Below are positions 17,929 to 26,869 of a stretch of 62,717 nucleotides of DNA, piece by piece. A model generated the notes under the pieces. That model had not been told where the DNA came from and did no database searches. It was given only the letters and a program-made list of their open reading frames with translations. The position numbers and the translations under genes were made by a program. Positions within the stretch are counted from its first letter, which is position 1; every line of letters begins with the position of its first letter. The DNA comes from a virus (taxonomy: Duplodnaviria > Caudoviricetes): positions 1 to 62,717 of the IMG/VR virus record IMGVR_UViG_3300037509_000107. One strand, written 5' to 3'.

Positions 17929-18408
17929 GTGCCCACCGAGCCCACCCTATTTGACGCTGCGCCTGCGGTCAACACGAAGCGGTGCAACCGCTGCGGCCTG
18001 TCGAAGCCGACTACGGAGTTCATTCGCAACGCCCGCATGAAGGACGGCCTGCTCAACCAGTGCAAGGCGTGCCGCCAGTTGGCTCAGAGTAAGCGGGAGA
18101 GGATTAGAACTCCCGAGACGAGGGCCGCGGAACGCCAATACCTTCGCGACTACCGCCGCCGCAATCCGGAGGCGAAGCGGTTGAACAATCTGCGGTACCA
18201 GCAGAGGTACCCGGATAAAGCCCGAGCGCACCGGCTACTGAATGAGGCGGTGCTGCGGGGGGAGGTCGAGCGGAAGCCTTGTGAGGTCTGCGGCTCCACA
18301 AACGCCCAAGGTCACCACGACGACTACTCAAAGCCGCTGGAGGTGCGGTGGCTGTGCCCCGTGCATCATGCGGCAGAGCACCCCCGCGCGCAACAGAAAC
18401 CACACTGA
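17929..18408 (+). CDS. HNH-like endonuclease with N-terminal Zn finger
   Basis: KRCNRCG..KP..EF...CKAC; PCEVCG...GHHDDYSKPLEVRWLCPVHH. Confidence 0.85.
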   Translation: MPTEPTLFDAAPAVNTKRCNRCGLSKPTTEFIRNARMKDGLLNQCKACRQLAQSKRERIRTPETRAAERQYLRDYRRRNPEAKRLNNLRYQQRYPDKARAHRLLNEAVLRGEVERKPCEVCGSTNAQGHHDDYSKPLEVRWLCPVHHAAEHPRAQQKPH

Positions 18409-18421
18409 AAGGAGACAGGCG

Positions 18422-20407
18422 ATGACGGCGACTCTGACGAGGAAGCGGAAGGCGAAGGGGGCCGGCAAAAAAGCGGGGGCGGCCGGATCGACGGCCGCCC
18501 CGAGCGCACACAAACCTACCGGCGAGACTGTAGCCGACGCGGGCGGCCCGGTCGAGCGGCCGCCGCGGCTGAGGTGGAGCGGGAGCTTCGACGGATGCTG
18601 GTACGCCGACACGACGTCGGGCGTCTGGAGCGGTGCCGGCGACTTCACGGCGCAGTACCACATCGACCGCCAGCCGGACGGGAAGCGGTACGTCGTCACG
18701 CTCGACCACCCGCTCGCCGAGCAGCTCGGTAGCAGCGGCGTGACGGAGGCGACGCTCGAAGACGCACAGGCGTGGTGCGAGCACCAGGAGGCAAAGCTCC
18801 TGGAGCCGCAACTGGCGTGGCGGGTCGACACCGACCGGCCCGGCGTTTACCGGGCGGAGAACATGGCCGGCGTCAAAGTCCCCGACGGCGGGGCGCGTGC
18901 CGAGTGGGTGATCGCCGAGAACAACGGGCGGCTGTCGGTCGGTTGGCACGTCCCGCTCCACCCTCGCGCGGCCGACGTGCCGGCCGGCCCGTTCGACAAC
19001 CTCGCCGACGCCAAGGCGTGGGCCGAGCGGCAGGACCGGTACGTCACGTCCCGGCAGGCCGCCGCCCCGCCGCGCCCGCGGCTGAGGTGGCAGGAGGGCG
19101 CGGACCCGGGCGAGACGTTCGCCCCGAACACGGCGGGGATCGAGGCTGAGGGGGATCTGCTGGCGGAGTTCGTCGTCACCCGCCGCGGCGGCCCGGACGC
19201 CGGCGTGTTCGTTTACGACGTGCTAGCCACCGACCCGGTCCTGATGCCGAAGGGTGGGCCGCCCGAGTCGTTCGCGACGCTCGACGCGGCGCGGGCCTGG
19301 TGCGAGCGGAGGAATGCGGAGTTGGTCGCCACAGCGAAGCCCGACACCGCGGCCGCACCCGAGGCGCCGGCGGCGGCGGCAACGTCGCCGACGCCAGTCG
19401 CGGATCCGCGGCCCGCCCCGCCCCCCTCGCCCGGCGGCGGCGTCGAGCTGGAGGCGATCCGGCGGCTCAACCAGATCCGCCACCTCGGCCGGCTGATCGA
19501 GGACAAGCGGCAGGAGATCGGCCGGCAGGAGACCAAGGTCGCCGAGGTCAAGGCCAACCTGGACCGGGAGCGCAAGCGGGCGAACGAACTGAACCGGCAG
19601 CGCGACGAGCTGATCAACGAGCTGGAGACGCTGGCGCTGGGGAAGAGCACCGAGCGACTGTTTCCCCCGGTCGCCGACGCTGCCCCAGCGGCGGTCCCCA
19701 CGCCCGCCGCCGACGGCAAGGCCCCCGCCGCCCCCGCCGGATCCTCCGCCGCGCCAGCGGGCGACGCAGGCCCGGCCAAGCCGGCTCCGGCGGACGACAC
19801 CGCCTGGCGGGACGTGCCGCTCGACCAGGTGATCACCGACGCGAAGGCGTGCAAGAAGCTGGTCGACGCCGGGATCAAGACGTTCGGCGACCTCGAGGAC
19901 TGGCGGGCCGGCGGCTGCACCGACCCGAAGGTGACCGGGTTCGGCGGTGTCGACACCAAGGGCCGGAAGCTGGTCGACGAGGCGGCGGTCAACTACTGGC
20001 AGCGCAACCCGCGGCCCAAGCCGGCCGACGCCCCGCCGCCGGCCGGCCAGATCGCCGCCCCGACCCCGGACAAGATCGACCTCGCCGGCTGCGGCTGGAT
20101 CGCGTTCAAGTCCGAGGGCGGGGCCGAGACCTGGTACCAGCACAACGTCGTCGTCGGGCCGGTGCGGGCGGGCCGGCTCGGGCAATGGTCCGGTCCGTTC
20201 CCCGACCGGAAGGCCGCGGCGCGGGAGGCCGGCAAGGAGATCGAGCAGTGGCTCCGGTCGGTCTCGGGCGACCTGCGCGGCCAGCCGGTCGAGGACGCGC
20301 GGCGCGTGATGGCGGTCGCGATCGGGCTCCAGCCGCTGCGGCTGGCACCGAAGGGCGAGGCGGCGAAGGCGGCGGGCAAGGCGAAGGCGGAGCCGGTCGG
20401 CGTGTGA
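18422..20407 (+). CDS. Large modular protein: three ~85-aa repeats, coiled coil, HhH/alpha-CTD-like domain
   Basis: Repeats begin P(R/Q)L(R/A)W and end (T/N)L.(D/A)A.AW.E; KKLVDAGIKTFGDL...VTGFG. Confidence 0.7.
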   Translation: MTATLTRKRKAKGAGKKAGAAGSTAAPSAHKPTGETVADAGGPVERPPRLRWSGSFDGCWYADTTSGVWSGAGDFTAQYHIDRQPDGKRYVVTLDHPLAEQLGSSGVTEATLEDAQAWCEHQEAKLLEPQLAWRVDTDRPGVYRAENMAGVKVPDGGARAEWVIAENNGRLSVGWHVPLHPRAADVPAGPFDNLADAKAWAERQDRYVTSRQAAAPPRPRLRWQEGADPGETFAPNTAGIEAEGDLLAEFVVTRRGGPDAGVFVYDVLATDPVLMPKGGPPESFATLDAARAWCERRNAELVATAKPDTAAAPEAPAAAATSPTPVADPRPAPPPSPGGGVELEAIRRLNQIRHLGRLIEDKRQEIGRQETKVAEVKANLDRERKRANELNRQRDELINELETLALGKSTERLFPPVADAAPAAVPTPAADGKAPAAPAGSSAAPAGDAGPAKPAPADDTAWRDVPLDQVITDAKACKKLVDAGIKTFGDLEDWRAGGCTDPKVTGFGGVDTKGRKLVDEAAVNYWQRNPRPKPADAPPPAGQIAAPTPDKIDLAGCGWIAFKSEGGAETWYQHNVVVGPVRAGRLGQWSGPFPDRKAAAREAGKEIEQWLRSVSGDLRGQPVEDARRVMAVAIGLQPLRLAPKGEAAKAAGKAKAEPVGV

Positions 20408-20466
20408 CCAGCGAGGCAGGCCCCGGCCCGGTCGGCGGGCCGGGATCAGGGATCGGGAGTTCCACG

Positions 20467-21915
20467 ATGATTGCGACGTTGACCAGAGACATCAGCCGCG
20501 ACCCCGCGAGGCACGAGGACTACGCGGCCTTCATCCGCCGCAAGTCCCAGCTCGGCGGCGACGGCGGGTTCGCCCCGGTGTGGGTGCCGGACTTCCTGTT
20601 CGACTTCCAGCGGGCGCTGATCGAGTGGGCGTGCCGTAAGGGGCGGGCGGCGATCTTCGCCGACTGCGGGCTGGGCAAGACCCCCATGCAGCTCGTGTGG
20701 GCGGAGAACGTGCGGCGTAGGACCGACAAGCCGGTCCTGGTGATCACGCCGCTGGCCGTCTCCTCGCAGACGGTGCGCGAGGGCGAGAAGTTCGGGATCG
20801 AGTGCCACCAGTCCAGGGACGGCGCGGTCCACCCCGGGATCACGGTCACGAACTACGAGCAGTTGCACCGCTTCGACCCGTCGGCCTTCGCCGGCGCCGT
20901 CGCCGACGAGTCCAGTGCGATCAAGGCGTTCGACGGCAAGCGCCGCAAGGAGGTGACCCGCTTCGTGTCGAAGATGCAGTACCGCCTGCTGGCCACCGCC
21001 ACCCCGTCGCCGAACGACTACGTCGAACTCGGGACCTCGTCGGAGTGCCTCGGCGTGATGACCCAGTCGGACATGCTCGGCTTCTTCTTCCGGCCGACGG
21101 AGAACATGCGGCACACCGTCCTCAAGGAGGACGACTTCTGGAACCGGCTGAAGTGGCACTTCAAGCCCCACTCGGAGCAGCCGTTCTGGCGGTGGGTGAC
21201 GTCCTGGTCCCGCGCGCTGCGCAGCCCGGCGGACCTCGGGTTCGACGCCAGCCGCTTCGAGCTGCCCCCCTTGGAGTACCGCGAGCACGTCCTCGACGTG
21301 CCGTTCATCCCGGACGGCGAGCTGTTCCCGCGGCCGGCGATCTCCCTGCACGAGCAAAGGAAGGAGCGGCGGCGGACCGTCCGCGAGCGGTGCGAGCGGG
21401 TCCGGCAGCTCGTGACGGGCCATGACCGCCCAGCGGTGATCTGGTGCCACTACAACGACGAGGGCGACTGCCTCGAGGAGATCATCCCCGGCGCCGTCCA
21501 GGTCGCCGGCCGGCACAGCGACGACGAGAAGGAGGTCCGGCTCAACGCCTTCACGCTCGGCCAGGCCCGCGTGCTGGTCACCAAGCCGAAGATCGGGGCG
21601 TGGGGGCTCAACTGGCAGCACTGCGGCGACGTCACGTGCTTCCCGAGTCACAGCTACGAGCAGTTCTATCAGGCGGTGCGGCGATGCTGGCGGTACGGCC
21701 GCCGCGGCCCGGTCACCGTGGACATCGTCAGCGCCAAGGGCGAGTCGGGCGTCGTCGGCGGCCTGCGGCGGAAGCAGGAGAAGGCGGACCGGATGTTCGC
21801 CTCCCTGGTGGCACACATGAACAACTCGATCGAGATGTTTTCGACCGACGGGCACACCCGGCCGATCAGCGTGCCGGCGTGGCTTGGCCAGTCGGAAAGG
21901 AGCGAGCAACAGTGA
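20467..21915 (+). CDS. SNF2/DEAD-like helicase
   Basis: AIFADCGLGKT, VADESS, ATATPSPND, WGLNWQHC, QAVRRCWRYG. Confidence 0.9.
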   Translation: MIATLTRDISRDPARHEDYAAFIRRKSQLGGDGGFAPVWVPDFLFDFQRALIEWACRKGRAAIFADCGLGKTPMQLVWAENVRRRTDKPVLVITPLAVSSQTVREGEKFGIECHQSRDGAVHPGITVTNYEQLHRFDPSAFAGAVADESSAIKAFDGKRRKEVTRFVSKMQYRLLATATPSPNDYVELGTSSECLGVMTQSDMLGFFFRPTENMRHTVLKEDDFWNRLKWHFKPHSEQPFWRWVTSWSRALRSPADLGFDASRFELPPLEYREHVLDVPFIPDGELFPRPAISLHEQRKERRRTVRERCERVRQLVTGHDRPAVIWCHYNDEGDCLEEIIPGAVQVAGRHSDDEKEVRLNAFTLGQARVLVTKPKIGAWGLNWQHCGDVTCFPSHSYEQFYQAVRRCWRYGRRGPVTVDIVSAKGESGVVGGLRRKQEKADRMFASLVAHMNNSIEMFSTDGHTRPISVPAWLGQSERSEQQ

Positions 21916-22982
21916 TCATCGACCAGGAAATCCGCGACCGGTACTCCCTGTACCACGCCGACTGCATGGAGGTCATGCCGGAGCTGCCGGCCAAGTCGAT
22001 CGACCTGTCGGTCTACTCCCCGCCGTTCCCGGAGCTGTACCAGTACAGCAACGACCCGCGGGACATGACCAACTGCACGAGCTACGACGAGTCGATCGAG
22101 CAGTACGGGTACGTCGTCCGGCAGATCGCCCGGCTGACCAAACCCGGCCGGCTGTCGTGCGTCCACTGCACCGACCTGAAGCGCGGGCAGATCTACCAGC
22201 GCGACTTCCCCGGCGACGTCATCCGCGTCCATGAGGACGCCGGCATGCACTTCTTCTGCCGGATCACCGTCTGGAAGGACCCGTGGCACTTCGCCCGGCG
22301 GACCCGGATGGTGACGCTGATGCACAAGACGTTGACGGAGGATTCGGCGCTAAGCCGTGTGGCACCGCCCGACTACCTGCTGGTGTTCAAGAAGGCGGGG
22401 GTCAACGCCGAGCCGATTACCCATGAGAAGGGCCTGCGGCGGTACGCCGGGGCCACGCCGATCCCACCGCAGCTCGTGCGGGACTTCGCCGAGTACCGCG
22501 GGGACCCGCGAAAGAACCTGATGTCGCACTGGATCTGGCGGCAGTACGCGAGCCCGGTGTGGATGGACGTCCGGCGGAAGCGGCTGCTGCCGTACGCCGA
22601 CGCGAAGGAGAACCCCGAGGAGAAGCACGTCTGCCCCCTCCAGCTCGACGTGATCGACCGCTGCCTCACCCTCTGGTCGAACCCGGGCGACGTCGTGCTG
22701 ACCCCGTTCATGGGCGTCGGGTCGGAGGTGTACTGCGCGGTCGTACACGAGCGGCGGGCGATCGGCGTGGAGCTGAAGGCGAGCTACTACCGGCAGGCGG
22801 TCCAGAACGTGCGCGTCGCGGTCGCCGGCGGATACCCCGCCGAGCAGTTCTCGCTCGACGCCGAGCCGGGCGCCGGTGGTGACGATGAGGACGACGCCGC
22901 CGAGGACCTGCCGGTGACCGCCGAAGCCGCGACCAGCAAGCCAGCCGCAGCCAAGCGAACAAGGCGGTCTGCGAAGTGCTGA
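21912..22982 (+). CDS. N4-cytosine/N6-adenine DNA methyltransferase
   Basis: YSPPF, HVCPLQLD, VLTPFMGVGSE. Confidence 0.9.
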   Translation: MIIDQEIRDRYSLYHADCMEVMPELPAKSIDLSVYSPPFPELYQYSNDPRDMTNCTSYDESIEQYGYVVRQIARLTKPGRLSCVHCTDLKRGQIYQRDFPGDVIRVHEDAGMHFFCRITVWKDPWHFARRTRMVTLMHKTLTEDSALSRVAPPDYLLVFKKAGVNAEPITHEKGLRRYAGATPIPPQLVRDFAEYRGDPRKNLMSHWIWRQYASPVWMDVRRKRLLPYADAKENPEEKHVCPLQLDVIDRCLTLWSNPGDVVLTPFMGVGSEVYCAVVHERRAIGVELKASYYRQAVQNVRVAVAGGYPAEQFSLDAEPGAGGDDEDDAAEDLPVTAEAATSKPAAAKRTRRSAKC

Positions 22983-23039
22983 TCATCAACGGCCCGAGCT
23001 ACGCGACCTGAGCAACCGGCCGCGCGGAGGATCTGACCC

Positions 23040-23342
23040 ATGGCACCCGGAGACTGGTACCTGCTCGGCGGGATGCTCGTCCTGCTGGCCACGTTCTTCC
23101 TCGCCGGCCTGGCGGTCGGCGACCACCGCGCGACCCGGAGCCGCGACGACTGGCGTGGCCGGGCGCAGAAGCTGGCGGCGACCAACCTGGAGCTGCACGC
23201 GTTCATCGGCGGCCGCGACGGCACGATCGAGCGGTTGCGGGAGGAAATCGTTGACCTGACGCACCAGCTACGCGCGGCGAAGGGCGAGGGGCCGGCGAAG
23301 GCTGCTGGCTTCTGGAACCGGATGAACGAGCGGAAGGCATGA
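23040..23342 (+). CDS. Membrane-anchored coiled-coil protein
   Basis: GGAGG RBS; N-terminal TM helix. Confidence 0.65.
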   Translation: MAPGDWYLLGGMLVLLATFFLAGLAVGDHRATRSRDDWRGRAQKLAATNLELHAFIGGRDGTIERLREEIVDLTHQLRAAKGEGPAKAAGFWNRMNERKA

Positions 23343-24034
23343 CCCCCTACTACACCGACAACCTCGTGACGCTGTACCACGGCGACTGCCGGGACATCCT
23401 CCCCTGGCTCACCGTGGCCGGCGATGTCGCGGTCGCGTCGGACCCGCCGTACGGGATCGGCCACCGGCACAGCGGTAAGGGGCGGCACGCGCACCACCAC
23501 GCCGAGCGGGGCCGGCGGAACGTGAACCTCGTCGCCGGGGACGACGAGCCGTTCGACCCGTCCCACCTGCTGGCGATGTTCGACAACGTGCTGCTATGGG
23601 GCGCGAACCACTACGCGAAGCGACTACCCGACGGCGGGCGGTGGCTGGCGTGGGACAAGTTGGCCGGGATGAAGGTAGAGGACTCGTTCAGCGACGTGGA
23701 GTTCGCGTGGCACAGCCGCGGGAAGGCGTCGCGGATCATCAACTTCGCGTGGAAGGGCGTCGCCTCGGTCAAGGCCGGCGAAGACAACGGCCGACGGTGG
23801 CACCCGACACAGAAGCCGGTCGGCGTGATGGTCTGGTCGATCGGCCAAACCGGCGTTGCGCCGGGCGGGACGATCATCGATCCGTACCTCGGCAGCGGAA
23901 CGACCGCCGTCGCGGCACGCCGTACCGGGCATCGGTTCATCGGGATTGAGATGGATGAGGGCCACCTGCGGACGGCGGTTCGGCGGCTCGCGCAGGGCGT
24001 GCTGGACTTCGGCGAAAGTGCGAAAAGTGCCTGA
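23339..24034 (+). CDS. N6-adenine DNA methyltransferase (beta class)
   Basis: SDPPYG, HPTQKP, IIDPYLGSGTT. Confidence 0.92.
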   Translation: MTPYYTDNLVTLYHGDCRDILPWLTVAGDVAVASDPPYGIGHRHSGKGRHAHHHAERGRRNVNLVAGDDEPFDPSHLLAMFDNVLLWGANHYAKRLPDGGRWLAWDKLAGMKVEDSFSDVEFAWHSRGKASRIINFAWKGVASVKAGEDNGRRWHPTQKPVGVMVWSIGQTGVAPGGTIIDPYLGSGTTAVAARRTGHRFIGIEMDEGHLRTAVRRLAQGVLDFGESAKSA

Positions 24035-24154
24035 TTTTCCGGGGATTCTATGACGCTGGAAATGGTGACGGATGTTAGAATGAGCGAGGCCGCGGCGGGG
24101 TGGAGCCCGACGCGACCTCTAACCACAAGCGGACCTGTTGAGGAGGCCCACGTC
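24022..24154 (+). promoter_or_regulatory. Conserved endonuclease leader, copy 4 (diverged)
   Basis: GCCTGATTTTCCGGGG, ACGCTG-17-TAGAAT, hairpin, GGACCT/AGGAGGCCC. Confidence 0.7.
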
Positions 24155-24904
24155 ATGGCTGACAGCCATTCTATCGACCCGCGGAAAGAGCGACAGCGTG
24201 AGTACGCCCGGCAGTGGCGAGCCAAGAACCGGGAGAAGCTGAGGCGGTATTACGAGCAGTACCGATCTGACCACCCGGAACTCAAAACTTACCACGCCAA
24301 TTACTACCAGACGAAGGAACGGCACCGCCGGGGGCCGCTGACCGACGCGCAGCGGGCCAAGCGGCGCGAGCGGTGGGCACGGAACCGGGAGCAGATCAAC
24401 GCGGCCCGGCGGGAGTGGCGTGCGAAGAACCGGGAGCGGGCCATTGAGATGGAGCGGCGGTCCCGGCAGAAGCATGCCCGCAAAAAGAAGCAGCGGGACC
24501 GAGAGTACCGGCGGAAGTACCCCGAGAAGTACCGGGCCAGCATCGCCGCAGCCAAGGCCGCCAAGCCAGAGCTGTACCGGATGATCGGCAGAGCGTCGGT
24601 GGCGAGGCGCAGGTCGCGGATGCGGGCGGCCCCGGTCGAGCTGGTCTCACTCGACGCCGTTTTCGCTCGCGACCAGATGCGGTGTCACCTTTGCGGCGGG
24701 CTGGTCGAGAAGGCGGACCGGACCATTGACCACCTCATCCCGGTCGTCCGCGGTGGCGCGTACGCCGAGTGGAACCTGATGACCGCCCACGAGCTTTGCA
24801 ACAAGGGCCGGGGTGCGCGGCAGATACTCCCCGAGGAAACGCGGGAGGCTGCCGCCGCCTACGTTGTCGCGCGGAACGCGCAGATCGCCGAGGCCGGACT
24901 ATGA
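24155..24904 (+). CDS. HNH endonuclease with long basic helical N-terminus
   Basis: RDQMRCHLCG...TIDHLIPVVRGG....NLMTAHELCN. Confidence 0.88.
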   Translation: MADSHSIDPRKERQREYARQWRAKNREKLRRYYEQYRSDHPELKTYHANYYQTKERHRRGPLTDAQRAKRRERWARNREQINAARREWRAKNRERAIEMERRSRQKHARKKKQRDREYRRKYPEKYRASIAAAKAAKPELYRMIGRASVARRRSRMRAAPVELVSLDAVFARDQMRCHLCGGLVEKADRTIDHLIPVVRGGAYAEWNLMTAHELCNKGRGARQILPEETREAAAAYVVARNAQIAEAGL

Positions 24905-26622
24905 CGAAAGTAGAGTTACGAGTTGCTACGAATCTATCGTTCCCGCACTCGATCGCCGCCCGGACTGTGTTCATCGCCGGCACGAAGGGCAGCGGCAAGA
25001 CGCACAACGCCGGCGTGATGGCCGAGGAGATGCTGGCTGCGGGCATCCACGTCGTCATCCTTGACCCTTTGGGTGCTTGGTACGGCCTGCGGCACGACGC
25101 CGCCGGCGGGGCGGGCGGGTTCCCCATCCTGATCCTCGGCGGGGAGCACGGCGACATCCCCCTGCTGCCGACCGGCGGGGAGGCCGTCGCGGAGTTCGTC
25201 GTCCGCAGCGGCCAGTCGGTCATCCTCGACATGAGCGGCTTCGGGGCCAACGCCGAGCAAGACCGGTTCGTCACCGACCTCCTGGCCAAGCTGTTCCGGC
25301 TGAAGGCGGCGGAGAAGTCGGCCATGCACCTGATCATCGACGAGGCCGACATGTTCGTGCCGCAGCAGGCGATCTCCAAGTCGGAGATCCCGCTGCTGGG
25401 GGCGACGAAGACGATCGTCACCAAGGGCCGCAGCCGCGGCCTGTCGATGACGATGATCACCCAGCGCCCGCAGTCGATCGCCAAGGCCGCGATCGAAGAA
25501 GCCGACGTCGTGCTCTGCCACCGGATGCAGGGCGTGAACGCCGTCAAGGCGATGAAGGCGTGGACCGACCTGTACGCCGACGCCGAACAGGCGCGGGTGT
25601 TCTACGAGAGCCTGCCCCAACTGGCCGACGGCGAGTGCTGGGTGTGGTCGCCCAACTTCCTGAAGCTGTTCCAGCGGGTGCAGTTCCGCCGCAAGCACAC
25701 GTTCGACAGCAGCCGCACGCCCGACCCCGGCGAGACGGCGCGGAAGCCGAAAACGGCGGCCAAGGTGGACCTCGCCAAGCTGACCGCCGAGATGAAGGCG
25801 ACGGCGGAGGCGGCCAAGGCGAACGACCCCCGGCACCTCCAGGCGGAGCTGGCCAAGGCGCGGGCCGAGCTGGCGAAGCGGCCGACCGTCGCGTCCGAGC
25901 CCCGCACGGTCGAGAAGATCGTCGAGGTGCCGGTGCTCAAGAACGGCCAGCTTGACCGGACGGAGAAGTTCACGGCCCGCCTGGAGGAAGCCGCCGCTAA
26001 GCTGTTGGCCGAGGCGAGCGAGCTGCGGCGGCTGATCGCGCCGGCGGCCGCGCCCCGGCCGGTGCCGGCCGCGGCGCGGGTGGCTCCCGCCGCGCCGGCC
26101 CGGCCGGTCGTCCCTCGCCCACGCCCCGCCCCGGCATCGGGTGCCGGCGACGGAGCGCTCCCCAAGGGCGAGCGGGTGATCCTGACCGCCGTCGCTCAGT
26201 ACCCCGACGGCGCCGACCGGGAGCAGCTCTCCGTCCTGACCGGCTACAAACGCAGTAGCAGGGATACGTATCTCCAGCGGCTGCGCGAGCGCGGCTACGT
26301 CGACCACCAGGGCGACCGCCTCGTGCCCACCGACGCCGGCATGACCGCGCTGGGGGCCGACTTCGAGCCCCTGCCGACCGGCGACGCCCTGCGCGAGCAC
26401 TGGCTCGGCCGGCTGCCGGAGGGCGAGCGGCGGATCCTGGAGGTGCTGATCGGCCACTACCCCGACGCCGTCCTACGCGACGCGCTGGACGAGCCGACCG
26501 GCTACAAGCGTTCCTCGCGCGACACGTACCTCCAGCGGCTGTCGGCCCGGAAGCTGGTCGAGCCAGTCGGCCGCGGGGAAGTGAGGGCGAGCGACAACCT
26601 TTTCGATGGGGCCGCGGCGTAG
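24901..26622 (+). CDS. HerA/DUF87-like ATPase with two C-terminal winged helices
   Basis: GTKGSGKT, ILDPLG, IIDEAD, KGRSRG..ITQRP; duplicated TGYKRSSRDTYLQRL. Confidence 0.85.
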   Translation: MTKVELRVATNLSFPHSIAARTVFIAGTKGSGKTHNAGVMAEEMLAAGIHVVILDPLGAWYGLRHDAAGGAGGFPILILGGEHGDIPLLPTGGEAVAEFVVRSGQSVILDMSGFGANAEQDRFVTDLLAKLFRLKAAEKSAMHLIIDEADMFVPQQAISKSEIPLLGATKTIVTKGRSRGLSMTMITQRPQSIAKAAIEEADVVLCHRMQGVNAVKAMKAWTDLYADAEQARVFYESLPQLADGECWVWSPNFLKLFQRVQFRRKHTFDSSRTPDPGETARKPKTAAKVDLAKLTAEMKATAEAAKANDPRHLQAELAKARAELAKRPTVASEPRTVEKIVEVPVLKNGQLDRTEKFTARLEEAAAKLLAEASELRRLIAPAAAPRPVPAAARVAPAAPARPVVPRPRPAPASGAGDGALPKGERVILTAVAQYPDGADREQLSVLTGYKRSSRDTYLQRLRERGYVDHQGDRLVPTDAGMTALGADFEPLPTGDALREHWLGRLPEGERRILEVLIGHYPDAVLRDALDEPTGYKRSSRDTYLQRLSARKLVEPVGRGEVRASDNLFDGAAA

Positions 26623-26679
26623 TGCCGACGGCTCATTCACCCCAAGCGCCGGCCGCAGAGCCGGCAGAGAGGCAGTGTT

Positions 26680-26790
26680 ATGGCAGGCTCGAAGAAGACG
26701 GCGACCACGAAGACGGCCGCCAAGCGTTCGACGACCAAGGGTGCCGCGGCGGCGCGGCCGGCGGCGAGGAAGGCCCCGCGCGGCAAGTGA
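26680..26790 (+). CDS. 36-aa Lys/Ala/Thr-rich histone-H1-like peptide
   Basis: MAGSKKTATTKTAAKRSTTKGAAAARPAARKAPRGK; GAGG RBS; below ORF-track cut-off. Confidence 0.6.
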   Translation: MAGSKKTATTKTAAKRSTTKGAAAARPAARKAPRGK

Positions 26791-26869
26791 GCCGTGGCGG
26801 CCTGAGGTCGACCGGGGCCGCGCGGCGCGTGCGAGCGTCGCGCGGCCCCCCTTACGATCGGAGGCGACT

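Noticed and set aside
19300-20466. N-terminal extension of the helicase ORF in the track
   Set aside because: Overlaps the real 18422-20407 gene in another frame; Arg/Gly-rich noise
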